In this document: in pieces, positions 24,470 to 60,879 of the stretch
How positions within the stretch are numbered: position 1 is the first letter of the stretch
Layout of the letters: every line of letters begins with the position of its first letter
Source: Antedon mediterranea
Lineage: Eukaryota > Animalia > Echinodermata
Reading direction: 5' to 3'
Assembly (NCBI RefSeq): GCF_964355755.1
Contig: NC_092679.1
Location: 2,696,201 to 2,760,200 of the forward strand
DNA: 64,000 nt
The notes under the pieces: model-generated
Database searches by the model: none
The model's input: only the letters and a program-made list of their open reading frames with translations
Told to the model about the DNA's origin: nothing
Translations under genes and position numbers: made by a program

Positions 24470-27400
24470 ATGGAGTGTTTCCATCCGAGAATTTCTACAT
24501 TTTCAATAGTTTCTATGCGAGGAGAAATTCTTGTAAATAAAATTTGTATCCTTTATAAGATGTTGATTTGTGAACACAAAAAATGTTCTGAAATTATTTT
24601 GAAAAAGCTCATTAAAACTCAAAATGTTTTTAGGCCTAGGCCTAGGCTATTTATCATTTTTGGCACACACTGAAGGTGCTTCCCACCATGTCTATCCCTG
24701 TGTATGATTTTGACATATGAGGGGCTTGGCCTAGACCAGGGAGGTGTTATTCCTGCCTAGACCAAAGAAATAATACTATAAGGGTATAACTAAATGTTTT
24801 ACTTGCTTGACACGTCCTACTACTATATCTCAGCCTGAAAGCTGAGACGCATACTGTAGAATCCTGGATAATTCAATATTTATTTTTATAGGCCTCTAGG
24901 CTAGTATATTCACTTCACTAGTTATTTTGGTTTTTTTTAAATAACCATTTTCTTTTAAACATGTCTTAATTATAACATAGATAGTAAAGATGGACCTAGA
25001 AATGATGCAGCATCAATTTTTTTGGATTATGTTAAAAAAACAAAAGACATAGCTCCTGTTTTGGTAAGTATTTTATTGTTCTATCATTGTATGATGTAAA
25101 ATATCACTTGTCAAAGCAATTATTTATTATGTTTTCTTCTTAAATCTCAATATACCATTTATTTGTATTCATTTATGATTATATTTTGTTTTTGCAGGAA
25201 CTTGAAAATTTTAAGTACATTCACATTAAATGTAGTAGTTTATTTTTTGTCCTCACCACAATATCTGAAACATCACCGTTCTTCTATCTAGAACTACTTA
25301 ATAGGTTTGTATATTTCGTTCAGTCCAATAATACAACTGTTACTTTAAATTAATGAAATTCTGGTCATGTGTTTTCAAAATTGTGTTTTTCCAACAGAAA
25401 TATAGTAATGCCTTTCATTTTCAGAATTAAGGGGCTGTGCAAAGATTTCTGTGGTGTAGTCTGTGAAGAAGCAATCTGCTTGAATTTCTCTCTTATTCAT
25501 GAGCTTCTTGATGAAGTTATTGTAAGTATGTCTTCTGGTATAAAGAAGTTTTTTTCATTTTGATTTGACAAATAGAATTATTCTAAAACTCTGTCTACTC
25601 TACAGTATCAAACTATAGTGTGACAAAAAAAGTGTGATGTGCCCAAATAAGGTTGGGATATGCACAAATATGGTAGTGATATGACATCATGTCCATTATA
25701 GGTGCATCACATTTTTCGTCACATAAAATTTGATAGTGTAAACACAGCTTTAGGAGTTTAATTGTATTTGCAAAGGTGCCAACCCACTGTTCACATAACA
25801 CATGTACAAACATACACAAGATGTTTTACACAAATAAAGTTATTGGGAATGAAGTTGTACATTATATTCTCATGAGATCATCATCTGACAGGACTTGAAC
25901 CAAGGAATCAGGAATCAAACCAAATTACATCTAGATAACTTGTTGACTACAGTGACTATTTATCTTTAGGATAAATAAGTTAATAATATTAATTTCAACG
26001 TAGCACCTACTGTAAATTACATCTAGATAACTTGTTGAATACAGTTGACTGTTTATCTTTAGGATGGTGGTGTTCCTCAGCTGATGTCAACCCAGGCCCT
26101 GAAGCCATACATTCAAGGAGAAGCAGTGGCCATCAAGCATGAGAGGCCTAACTCTGCTGTCTTTGGAATCGGTGCTTCACTCGTTAGTATCAAAATAATG
26201 AATGAATATCTTCCTAAGTTTCTGTATGCATTATTGCTATTTTTGTTTTCCTATTATTTCATTCTAATTGTTTATATCTCATTTACATATTTATGCATAG
26301 TAAGTATTGTATTTATAAATGTCTGGCTTTGGAATTATTGTTCATTCCTGATGATGATCAAATAAAGATAAACTCAAGTTTAAAAGCTCTCGTCTTAATA
26401 TTAGGAGGGACTCGTTCTCCGGGAGAGTTATTTTCTTATGGAATGCTCTGCCTACGGATGTAGTTTCATTTGCTTAACCTTAACGTCGCATGGTCCAACC
26501 ACCCGCTGAAGTTTTCACCTTATATTCAATACGATTTTATCGTTAAGAGGGGCTTTTAAGCACTGAGTGCTTCTCCTCGATCCCGTAGACGAAAGTGTAC
26601 GGGAAACAAGTAAGATCGAAACGTTGAATCATGGCTTGCCTCTGGTAATTTTGTGTCAGTTTTATACTATGATACTTAAACATAATCAGTGCATCTATCG
26701 GTCGTCCTATCTTTTTCCTATTATATCTCTGTTAATCTTGGAAACTGTTTTATACATCATTATTTTGTAACATTTAGTTTGGCACCGAGATGTCTTCAGC
26801 ATCGTTGAACTCTGTTGAGAAACCAATAGTTGGGACCAAAGCTGATATGGTATGATATTCCTTTCAAAATTTGATAGTGAATATTGTGACTTTTAAAACA
26901 TATTTTTTAAATATCCAACACCAGTACAAATGCCTAAAATCCATTAATGCAGTAGTAGTGCTATTTTGGCCATGAAAAAATGACAAAAAAACTTAATCAC
27001 AGGCAGATCCAAAGAAAGGCTCCAGCACAATTTACAATGCAAATGTTCAGCTCTTTATTTTACCATTTTTAGACTCCCCCCCCCTCCCTCCTATTTCAAA
27101 ATCCTGTATCTGCCACTGTAGCTTGTCAACCATAGGTTATGATGCCAACTACCAACCTGTTTTGGTTTTTTTGCTGTAGTATTCACATGGTGCAAGGAAC
27201 GAAGTCTATGTTGACTTAATAGAACGTCTCTCAGTCCTTATATCAGCAAATGTAAGTCAGAAAATCATAGCTTTGATCTTCCTATAGCTATTACATCGTA
27301 TGCTTTTTCTAAAAAGTAAACCTCTTGCCAAGAAGATTCCTAAAGCCTAAATTTAAAGGGGTTCAACTTGATTTCACCAACCTAAGAAATATATTGAGCT

Positions 27401-30289
27401 CCCTCACGGTTTGAATTGAACATGTTACCAACTGCCCTTGATTGGTTGGCTTCTGAACATCATTGCAATTTTATATGTTCTGTCCAAGGAAGCTGATTTA
27501 TTTTATTTGATATTTTTTTGTGTTTTTAGGGAACTATAATGTGTAATGATATCATTGGTTGCTTACAAATTAAGAGTTACTTGACAGGCAATCCAGGTGA
27601 GATAAATACACTCATATACAGTATCATGTCTAGCAGCAATATACACCCGAGAGTATCGTGTCTGCAGATTGCAACAGGCCCATGAACCACAAAAAGAAGC
27701 TACTGTATAATAGTATTCAGAGACTCCCATATGAAAGTTGCTGTCAGAAGACATGATACTGCATGCTGTTTTTTTGTTGCTAGACATGATACAGTACATG
27801 TATATGCACAGTACAAAAGACACAACCTGCATACATATCAAAACTACTAATAAGAATTTGTCATCTTTTTGTGTAAACTATTTTTAATTTGCGACTTATA
27901 TTTTTCCCAGAGATGAAGCTTGGTCTGTCGAGTGACTTAGTGATCGGTAAGACAAGTCGCGTTGGGTACGGATATGGAGTACGTCTTGATGCAGTACAGT
28001 TCCACCCCAGTGTTGTCTTCGATGACTTTGAGTCTCAAAGAATTCTCATATTACATCCTTCAGAAGGCGAGGTAACTGAAATACTTTTCAAATGACATAG
28101 ACATAAATTATAATTCCATATATTTATTTCATGATGATGTCATAGTTCATATATTATTAAATGAAATAAACTTTTAAAAAGCTTAAAAGTAGGAATCTCA
28201 AGACATTGATTCAAGAAGTGCCTAAAGCTCTGTCTACACTATCAAACTTTATGTGACAAACAAATGTGATGTTCCCATTACACATATGGACATGATGATG
28301 TCATATCACTACCATATTTGGGCTTATCACTACCATATTTGGGAACATTTTTTTTGGTCAAAATAGTTTGATAGTGTAGACAGAGCTTTAAATGAGCCAG
28401 CTATGACGTTAGAGGTCATTGCTTGACAATTCTGTATAATTTCAGATGACTGTAATGAAATACCAGCAATCAGGTGAGCTTAGCTCTTCCTTACCATTCT
28501 TACTGAACCACAGTATAGAGGAGGACTATGATAAAAGGTAAGATGAATATTTAGTGTTTAGACACTTGGCATTCTGCAAACTATGGCGAATTTTAAAGCA
28601 TCAAACACAGACCCTCCCCCCCCCCACCCACCTCTCCGCACCCATTGAATATAGCAAACCAGAGTTCTAGAGGAAATCAAAATTAGTTTCTTTATTTAAT
28701 TATGTATTTCAGTGTTCTAACAATTGAGTTAACGTTGAAATGCGACTTGAAACCTGCTGTATATGCTTCTAATGTCACGGTGCGGTTACCTGTACCAAAG
28801 AACACCACAAAGTGAGTAAAGCTACAGTATTTCTACACTATCAAAATGTTATGTGCCCAAATATGGTAGTGATATGGCCAACTAGGGTAGTGGTATGACA
28901 TCATCATGTCCATATATTTGCACATCACACTTATTAACTATAATATCTTTCAGTGTTAGCCCCAGTCTTAAGTACAATAGTGGGCAGTCAACAGAGTACA
29001 AGACAGAAGATAAAGTGATAATATGGAAGACACATAAAATAAATGGAGGCACAACTTTGAATGCAAAATTCAGGGTATGTTTATGTTTATGTTTATGTTT
29101 ACTATTTAATGTTCCTTGGGGTTTATGTTTTATAATTTAAAATAACAATATAATGAAAGTTTCTAGAATTGTCCTAAAGATTCCAGTATTGACCTGGATT
29201 TTCTAGGACTGTCCTGGATATTCCATTATTGACCTGGATTTTCTAGGACTGTCCTGGAGATTCCAGTATTGACCTGGATTTTCTAGGACTGTCATTGAGA
29301 TTCCAGCATTGACCTGGAATTTCTATGACTGTCCTGGAGATTCCAGTATTGACATGGATTTGCTAGGACTGTTCTAAAGATTTCAGTATTGACCTGGATT
29401 TTCTAGGACTGTCCTGGATGTTCCATTATTGACCTGGATTTTCTAGGACTGTCCTGGAGATTCCAGTATTGACATGGATTTGCTAGGACTGTCCTGGAGA
29501 TTCCAGTATTGACCTGGAATTTCTATGACTGTCCTGGAGATTCCAGTATTGACCTGGATTTTCTAGGACTGTCATTGAGATTCCAGCATTGACCTGGAAT
29601 TTCTATGACTGTCCTGGAGATTCCATTATTGACCTGGATTTTCTAGGACTGTCATTGAGATTCCAGCATTGACCTGCAATTTCTATGACTGTCCTGGAGA
29701 TTCCAGTATTGACATGGATTTGCTAGGACTGTTCTAAAGATTCCAGTATTGACCTGGATTTTCTAGGACTGTCCTGGATGTTCCATTATTGACCTGGATT
29801 TTCTAGGACTGTCCTGGAGATTCTAGTATTGACCTGGTTATTCTTCTAGGTCCTGGAGATTCCAGTATTTACCTGATTTTTCTAGGACTCTCCTGAAGAT
29901 TCTAGTATTGACCTAGCTTTTCTAATAGTGTCCTGTATTGAACTGGATGTTCTAACATTGTCCTGGAGATTCCAGTATTGACCTGGATTTTGTGATCTAC
30001 AGATTCCAATATTTACCTAGATTTTTCCGTATATTAAGTGATCCAGTTCAATTAACAAATTCCAACTGATTTGTTGTTTTTATCACAGATTCATGTATCC
30101 AATCTAATAAAAGCAACACAACTAGAATTGAATCAAATAAGTATAGAGTTTGAGATTGCGGACTGTTTACTTTCCAATCTAAAAATTGCATTTCTTAAAC
30201 TCTTCGATCCTCATCACCATGCCTTTGTTTCACGTCGGTGGATACGTAATGTCACAATTACCGACTCTTACGTATTTCGATTGCGGTGA
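24470..30289 (+). CDS. AP4M1: AP-4 complex subunit mu-1, ~455 aa, 13 coding exons
   Basis: Exons 24470-24545, 24981-25063, 25198-25304, 25425-25521, 26063-26182, 26778-26849, 27180-27251, 27530-27596, 27911-28071, 28446-28537, 28713-28811, 28954-29074, 30089-30289 (sum 1368 nt). Mu-adaptin and mu4-like motifs: SPFFYLELLNR, CKDFCG, HELLDEVID, NEVYVDLIERLSVLISANG, GYGYGVRLDAVQFHPSV, DDFESQRILILHPSEGEMTVMKYQ, RWIRNVTITDSYVFRL. Confidence 0.93.
24546..24980 (+). other. U12-type (minor spliceosome) GT-AG intron, AP4M1 intron 1
   Basis: 5' end GTATCCTTT matches the U12 consensus RTATCCTTT. Branch-site-like TGTCTTAAT at 24962-24970 lies ~10 nt from the AG at 24979-24980, with no polypyrimidine tract between them. 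Splicing here restores the AP4M1 frame. Confidence 0.85.
25587..25749. mobile_element. MITE family A copy
   Basis: TIR remnants and internal sequence match. Confidence 0.8.
26380..26620 (+). mobile_element. 5'-truncated CR1-type LINE 3' end
   Basis: Translates to KSSRLNIRRDSFSGRVIFLWNALPTDVV, the typical CR1 ORF2 C-terminal motif, followed by a 3'UTR with a TCCCGTAGAC-GAAA-GTGTACGGGA hairpin. Confidence 0.75.
28226..28387. mobile_element. MITE family A copy
   Basis: Both TIRs intact. A further partial copy fills most of the intron at 28821-28931. Confidence 0.85.
29159..30025. repeat. 40-bp minisatellite, ~21 copies, in last AP4M1 intron
   Basis: Unit TTCTAGGACTGTCCTGGAGATTCCAGTATTGACCTGGATT, degenerating at the 3' end. 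Confidence 0.95.
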
Positions 30290-30635
30290 CATGATGTTAT
30301 TTCACTCAAATTGGTGATTTTCTATACAAATGGTGTGATGTATGTTGTAGAGGCTCCTCACAAAGCACAGCATTTGTATGCCGAACTGAATAGATCTTTG
30401 TGACGTGTTTTGAAAAAAGAGAACTATATTTCTGCTTTCATTGTTGCTCTTCCTTTAGGCAACTGAGACAAAATATTGTCACTTTTTTTGTGGGGAAAAA
30501 CACAAAAACATGAAAATCGGCGTGATTTTCATAGTAAGCAGTCTTTACGATGTTACGAAATATACAAAGAGAGAGCTCAATATATTTGATCTATTATTTA
30601 TGTTAACTTAACGATAATATATAAATTTGAGATAT

Positions 30636-30646
30636 AATAAAATAAA
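30636..30646 (+). promoter_or_regulatory. Candidate polyadenylation signals of AP4M1
   Basis: Two overlapping AATAAA hexamers ~350 nt downstream of the stop codon. Confidence 0.4.
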
Positions 30647-30720
30647 TATTAAGATATTATGCTGTAAGTCTGTTTTATAATTCAAACAATACAACAGAGA
30701 CGTCGGCTTCAGCGTACTAA

Positions 30721-31262
30721 AGTTGGTTCCACCTGGACTCCACACAATGACGTAAGCGCACCGTAACACAATGACGTAAGCGCACCGTAACGCAATGACG
30801 TAAGCGCACTGTAACGCAATCTACGCAACGTAAGAAAATGCCATTCTAATAACTTTGTTTGCTCCCGCCTGCGTGAAATCAAATCTGCGATGTTTGCAGC
30901 ACTGTTGCGTCGTAGGTTCCCACTTGTGAATACGTCGTTGCGTTGCGTCGCTAGTGGGAACCACGCTTTAAGCGTGGTTCCCACTAGCGACGTTGCGACG
31001 ATGGCTTATTCGCTTGTGATTGCTAACTGTCTATAACTTCGCTTGTCATTGGTTAAAACGCTTGCGTTGCGTTTACGTCCTTGCGTTACGTTCTAGTAGG
31101 AACCAAGCTTAACCAATCAGTCAGGTCAGTTACTAATTTTGGTTTGTCAAAATAGAATTTTAAAATAAAAAGATAGTTCATCTAAAAAACGGTCACTTGT
31201 GATTGGTCAACTAACTTGCGTTGTGCCTACGCCGCTGCATTGCGTCCAAGAAACCAAGCTTA
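30721..31262. mobile_element. Cluster of MITE family C copies (Harbinger-like), two joined head-to-tail
   Basis: TIR AGC(T/G)TGGTTCCCACTAGCGACG / CTAGTGGGAACCA(A/C)GCT; copies at 30721-30967, 30971-31109 and a partial one to 31262, with internal 23-bp repeats. Other copies near 42743-42879, 48350-48480, 61792-61920, 62845-62980 and 63241-63320. Confidence 0.75.
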
Positions 31263-31659
31263 CTACATGCATGCGTATTTTGGTAGAACTTTTGAATAAT
31301 AGAAAATCAGTTAGAGCACCGCTCTCGTCTAGCAAGTTGCATGTCGAAATTGTGTTAAGAACATGGGCGTATGAAAATCGATACAAATTTTTGTATTATT
31401 TCTAAACAGCTCATCGAGATAATATTAAACATCGTATCTTCATGGAGTTATGACGTCATGGAACTATCAAATTAGTACATTTATTTTATAGATCCAGGTC
31501 TAGGCTAGGAGGCATCCATGATGATACAGACAGGGTAGAAAAAACTCTAGAGATATTAGTATGCCTAGGCCCACGTGTCCTACACTGTGAGCCTACTGCT
31601 AGAGACAGGGGAGTCCTCTATTCATTTTTGCGCGTTACGACGACGTCGAGAAAGAAGAC

Positions 31660-32025
31660 CGGAGTTTCAACTCTAACGTTCAACGCTAGAAATCAAATGT
31701 TCGCGCTATCGTTAACATTTCAACTTGATCGTTTTCAAACGATCGATCGTCGTTGAACTTTTAACGATTAACGATAATAGCGTCGACTAACGTCGACAGG
31801 AAAACAGGCTTTTTCCTGTCGACGTTAGTCGACGCTATCGTAAACAATAATCGGCAATCTTCTACGTAAACATTGAACTGTTAACGATTTACAGGAAAAG
31901 GTACTCGCTATCGTTATCATTCCATTTTCAAACGATCGTCGTTGAACTGTTACGATCAACGACGATAGCGTCGACAGGAAAACAGGCTTAGTGTTTTCAG
32001 TTCAACGACGATCGTTTGAAAATGA
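31660..32025. repeat. CpG-rich rearranged inverted-repeat element (MITE remnants)
   Basis: Palindrome GCGTCGACTAACGTCGACAGGAAAA-caggct-TTTTCCTGTCGACGTTAGTCGACGC at ~31780-31835; repeated TTTTCAAACGATCGTCGTTGAACT blocks in both orientations. Confidence 0.6.
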
Positions 32026-32034
32026 TTAAGTTGG

Positions 32035-32432
32035 AATGATAACTTGTCGGTTATTACTAACTTGTTGGTTATTACTAACTTGTTGGTTATTACTAACTTG
32101 TTGGTTATTACTAACTTGTCGGTTATTACTAACTTGTCGGTTATTACTAACTTGTCGGTTATTACTAACTTGTCGGTTATTACTAACTTGTTGGTTATTA
32201 CTAACTTGTTGGTTATTACTAACTTGGTGGTTATTACTAACTTGTTGGTTATTACTAACTTGGTGGTTATTACTAACTTGTTGGTTATTACTAACTTGTT
32301 GGTTATTACTAACTTGTTGGTTATTACTAACTTGTTGGTTATTACTATCTTATCGATTTTACTAACTTGTCGGTTATTACTACCTTGTTGGTTATTACTA
32401 ACTTGTCGGTTATTACTAACTTGTTGGTTATT
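32035..32432. repeat. 18-bp minisatellite, ~22 copies
   Basis: Unit TTATTACTAACTTGT(T/C)GG. Confidence 0.95.
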
Positions 32433-33060
32433 CGTTGTGGTTAACCTTTACTATTTAAAATAGTGCTGTAAATAGATCAACCGAAATATGAACGAATAGT
32501 AAAATAATATACATAATAATGAATATAGAATAATAAATGAATATAGAATAATAATGATAATAAATAATGAATTATATGTAAATTTATTTGGAAATATTGG
32601 TTATAAACAAATGCTAAATGGACGAGGTTTGCAGTATCAAATATAATATAATACAGTGCAGTAAACTTAATACATTATATATAACGCTCGCGTACCATCT
32701 AGGTCGTGCCCACAGATGGTTCTCGAATACACAGCAATTTCAGCGTAAAAAAATGCTTTTTTTAATGTACGTACTGCAGGACGATAATAGTTATTATTGT
32801 TCACAGAAACGAATAAATAGACACGATGATTTATGTATTTTTAAACTGAAATTAGCACACTGGGAATTACTTCCGAAAGAGAAACTTGTCACAAAATGAG
32901 TCCAAATTTGTTATTTGGACTCATTTAAACAAACCCAATTTGTGTTTTGTGTGTAACATTAGTTTTGAGGGATGGGGAAGAGGATATGGGTACAAAGAAG
33001 AACAATGTTTTAATATATTATTTATCTACTCAGTAACGAAATATGTTTTTCACTTTGATA

Positions 33061-35195
33061 GGCCTATAAATAATATGCCACTTGATACAGTAACACATTT
33101 GCGATTTAATACTTTGTTAAAACTGTCACGGTCATAGTCCATTGAAATAGCATAGTACATGTAACGATACACGTACCACTACAACGTTTATATTCTTTGT
33201 AATTATTAATTAATACAAACGTTGAGAAGCAACTGTCAGTAGTACAGTTTATTTGTATATTGTACGTTTTATATAACAGTAGGGCCTACTCACAGGCCTA
33301 TAAATAATATACCACTTGATACAGTAACACATTTGCGACTTAATACTTTGTTAAAACTGTCACTGTCATAGTCCATTGAAATAGCATAGTACATGTAACG
33401 ATACACGTACCACTACAACATTTATATTCTTTGTAATTATTAATTAATACAAACGTTGAGAAGCAACTGTCAGTAGTACAGTTTATTTGTATATTGTACG
33501 TTTTATATAACAGTAGGGCTGTGTTACAACCGTTAATGTAGAAAACGCCAGCTAATGTCGAAACAACCGTTAATGTAGAACAATCCACCGCTTATGTAGT
33601 AAAACCTCCAGCTTATGTAGAAACACCAACAGCTTATGTAGTAAATAAAAATCAACACCAGCTAATGTAGAAACAGTCAACAGCTTATGTAGTAACGAAA
33701 ATTGCCTCCCAGCTTATGTAGTTACTATCGCCAGCTAATGTAGAAAATGTTATATATATTTTACAAAAATGTCTCATTTATATGCCAGTGCATCGATCTT
33801 TACTTAGCTATCAATCTTTCCACCTCTCGTAAGCAACCAACTTTCTAAAACGACCACACATCGTAAGCAACCATCTCTGTTAAGGGACCGCTTCTCATAA
33901 TCGACCACCTCTCGTAAGGGATTACCTCCTCTCATAAGGGACCACTTCTCATAACCGACCACCTCTCGTAAGCGACCACCTCTTTTAAGGACCACACCTT
34001 TCGTAAATGACCACCTCTTTTAAGGGACCACGACCTCTTTCTCTCTATTAAAGGACCGCTTCTCATAATCGTCAGTGACGACTCTTTTAAAGGACCACCT
34101 CTCTTAACGACCCCACCTCTTGTAAGTGACCTCTTATAAAGGACCACCACCTCTATTAAGGGACTTCTTCTCATAATCGACCATCTTCCATCACAATGAC
34201 CTCTCGAAAGTGACCACCTCTATTGCGACGACCAGTGTCTCTGTTAAGGGACCGCTTCTTATCATTGACCACTTCCGAGAGGTGGTCGATTATGATAAAT
34301 GGTCCCTTAAAAGAGACGGTGGTTGTTCAATAGAGGTGATCACTTACAAGAGGTGGTCTATTATAAGCAGTGGTCCCTTAATAATAGAAACGGTGGACGT
34401 TCAACAGAGGTAGTCACTTACCAGAGGTCGTTGTGACGGGAGATGCTTGCACATGAATTATAGACATTTTTGTAAAATATATAACATTTTCTACATTAGC
34501 TGGCGATAGTAACTACATAAGCTGGGAGGCAATTTTCGTTACTACATAAGCTGTTGACTGTTTCTACATTAGCTGGTGTTGATTTTTATTTACTACATAA
34601 GCTGTTGGTGTTTCTACATAAGCTGGAGGTTTTACTACATAAGCGGTGGATTGTTCTACATTAACGGTTGTTTCGACATTAGCTGGCGTTTTCTACATTA
34701 GCGGTTGTAACAGGGCCTACTCACAGGCCTATAAATAATATACCACTTGATACAGTAACACATTTGCGACTTAATACTTTGTTAAAACTGTCACTGTCAT
34801 AGTCCATTGAAATAGCATAGTACATGTAACGATACACGTACCACTACAACGTTTATATTCTTTGTAATTATTAATTAATACAAACGTTGAGAAGCAACTG
34901 TCAGTACTAAAGTTTATTTGTATATTGTACGTTTTATATAACAGTAGGGCCTACTCACAGGCCTATAAATAATATACCACTTGATACAGTAACACATTTG
35001 CGACTTAATACTTTGTTAAAACTGTCACTGTTATAGTCCATTGAAATAGCATAGTACATGTAACGATACACGTACCACTACAACGTTTATATTCTTTGTA
35101 ATTATTAATTAATACAAACGCTGAGAAGCAACTGTCAGTACTACAGTTTATTTGTATATTGTACGTTCTATATAACAGTAGGGCCTACACTCACA
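33061..35195. repeat. 234-bp tandem repeat (4 near-identical copies) split by a transposon insertion
   Basis: Units start at 33061, 33295, 34726 and 34960. Confidence 0.9.
33520..34712. mobile_element. Non-autonomous Ginger-like DNA transposon with ~250-bp TIRs
   Basis: Termini (TG)TGTTACAACCG...CGGTTGTAACA; 4-bp duplication GGGC (33516-33519, 34713-34716); TIRs ~33522-33774 and ~34461-34712 made of AGCT(T/A)ATGTAG sub-repeats; core is a GACCACCTCT-rich degenerate satellite. Confidence 0.7.
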
Positions 35196-36781
35196 GTAAT
35201 GCGTTTATTTGTACATGATTGTGTTATACATCTAACAGTACCCACACTCACATTAAATTCAATGGCGACCACAAATGTTAATACGTATTTACAGTAATGT
35301 CCAAGTATTGCAATACTTATCTATATATAGGTTTTAGGTTAATTCCCTACGGGCCAATAAATTTACCTACAGCTGGTGGTACTTGTGTTAAAGCAAAGAG
35401 TTATTATTGGAATGTTCCATTCATCGGAAATCAATACATTTGTATAAATGTATATTAAATCTATCAAAATAGTATGTTTTTAAGAAAATAGGTCTGTCTT
35501 CAACATTATGATGCTGTACTCGAGCTGTTCAACCGGTTTTCATCCATTAAAAACAGTTATCGTTGGAGGAGATAGGAAAATGCGAAGCATCCTCATATTA
35601 TTGTATGCGGGTATTTTTCAAGATAGACATGCATTGGACAGTGTATACCACGATCGGAAAACACCCCTATTTGGGGCAAATCATTGAACCTAAATTCGTT
35701 TTAATCGTCAATAACTAATTATCGAACTCCATTTAATTAGTAAACAGGGTTACATCAGGTGGTTAAAATCAGTATCGAAAGTACGAACCAACTTTATATA
35801 CCATCGAGTAAACATTCTAGAAGTAAGGCGCGATTTACCGAATTTTGCCCTTACGTAAATTTATATATAGATATTGAATAAATTCATCTGGTTCCAAATA
35901 ATTATAATAGTTTATTTTAATATATTATACATGCATGATATCATGAATATCCACCCACATAATAATAGGCAAATAAACGATGTCTCTATGCGCTCGACAA
36001 TAAAGAGAAAGAGTGGAAAACAAAAAGAAGAGAACAAAAACTCCAAGCTAGCACCCAAACTGGAGTATTGAGATACACCATCACCGCTTACTGGGGATCA
36101 GTGTGTAAGTACCCCAGTTAGCATCGGTTAAGTCTTTTCAGAAAACAACAACAGGCAAGAAAGGTAAAAGCAAAAATAAAAAAATGATAGTTGGCCATAT
36201 TGCAAAGACCCTCGGAAAATTAAACGAAACCTCTAAACACGGACCGATACAGTTATTTCTCCAACTCTATTTTCAACTCTCTTGATTTCAAAGTATTAAA
36301 GATAATATATAATTGTTTTATTAATTCTAATTTGAGATCACCGACTAACGCCGAAGACTGTATGTTAACCAACGCAGCTAAACACAAGAGTTTTATTAAT
36401 TTGCCTAGTCCCGGTAACGGTTGTAACTTTGCATTGTAAATATATACCTATTGTTTTGTAGGTAGAGATGAAAAGCTCAACCCTTGTTATTTTGTTTTTC
36501 AAATTCCCAATCGTTTATCATTTCAATGATTCCTTTCTTTGGTAACTCGTTTCTGTTCACTTGAATGCGTTTGATCTAAAGAATCGTGTTTACGCATCAC
36601 CAGTTATACGCATTCAATAATTGTGTGCCTGTTGCCAGAATATCACTTTCCTAGACCTTTCATCCCGGCAATAACGTTTACAGTCTGTGGGGGTGCAACT
36701 TATTACGCTGATGGTTTAAAATATTCCTGATGATATTATAAATCAAATAATTTTGGAGCGAAAAAAAACCCAGAATTTAGT

Positions 36782-60879
<24,098 letters not shown>

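Noticed and set aside
26560-26630. GAAA-capped hairpin followed by CGAAAC, superficially like a hammerhead ribozyme or snoRNA
   Set aside because: No CUGANGA core in the right place; it directly follows a CR1 ORF2 C-terminal remnant and is best explained as the LINE 3'UTR.
29159-30025. Regular repeat arrays here and at 13260-13540 and 50885-51335 that might look like CRISPR
   Set aside because: Head-to-tail units with no unique spacers, no cas genes, and a eukaryotic intronic context.
32036-32463. ORFs of repeated LLLTCW / VITNLL peptides
   Set aside because: Stop-free frames of an 18-bp minisatellite; no splice signals or start context.
33804-34413. Several repetitive short ORFs (EVVxYxRWSL-like)
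   Set aside because: Translations of the degenerate satellite core of a non-autonomous transposon.
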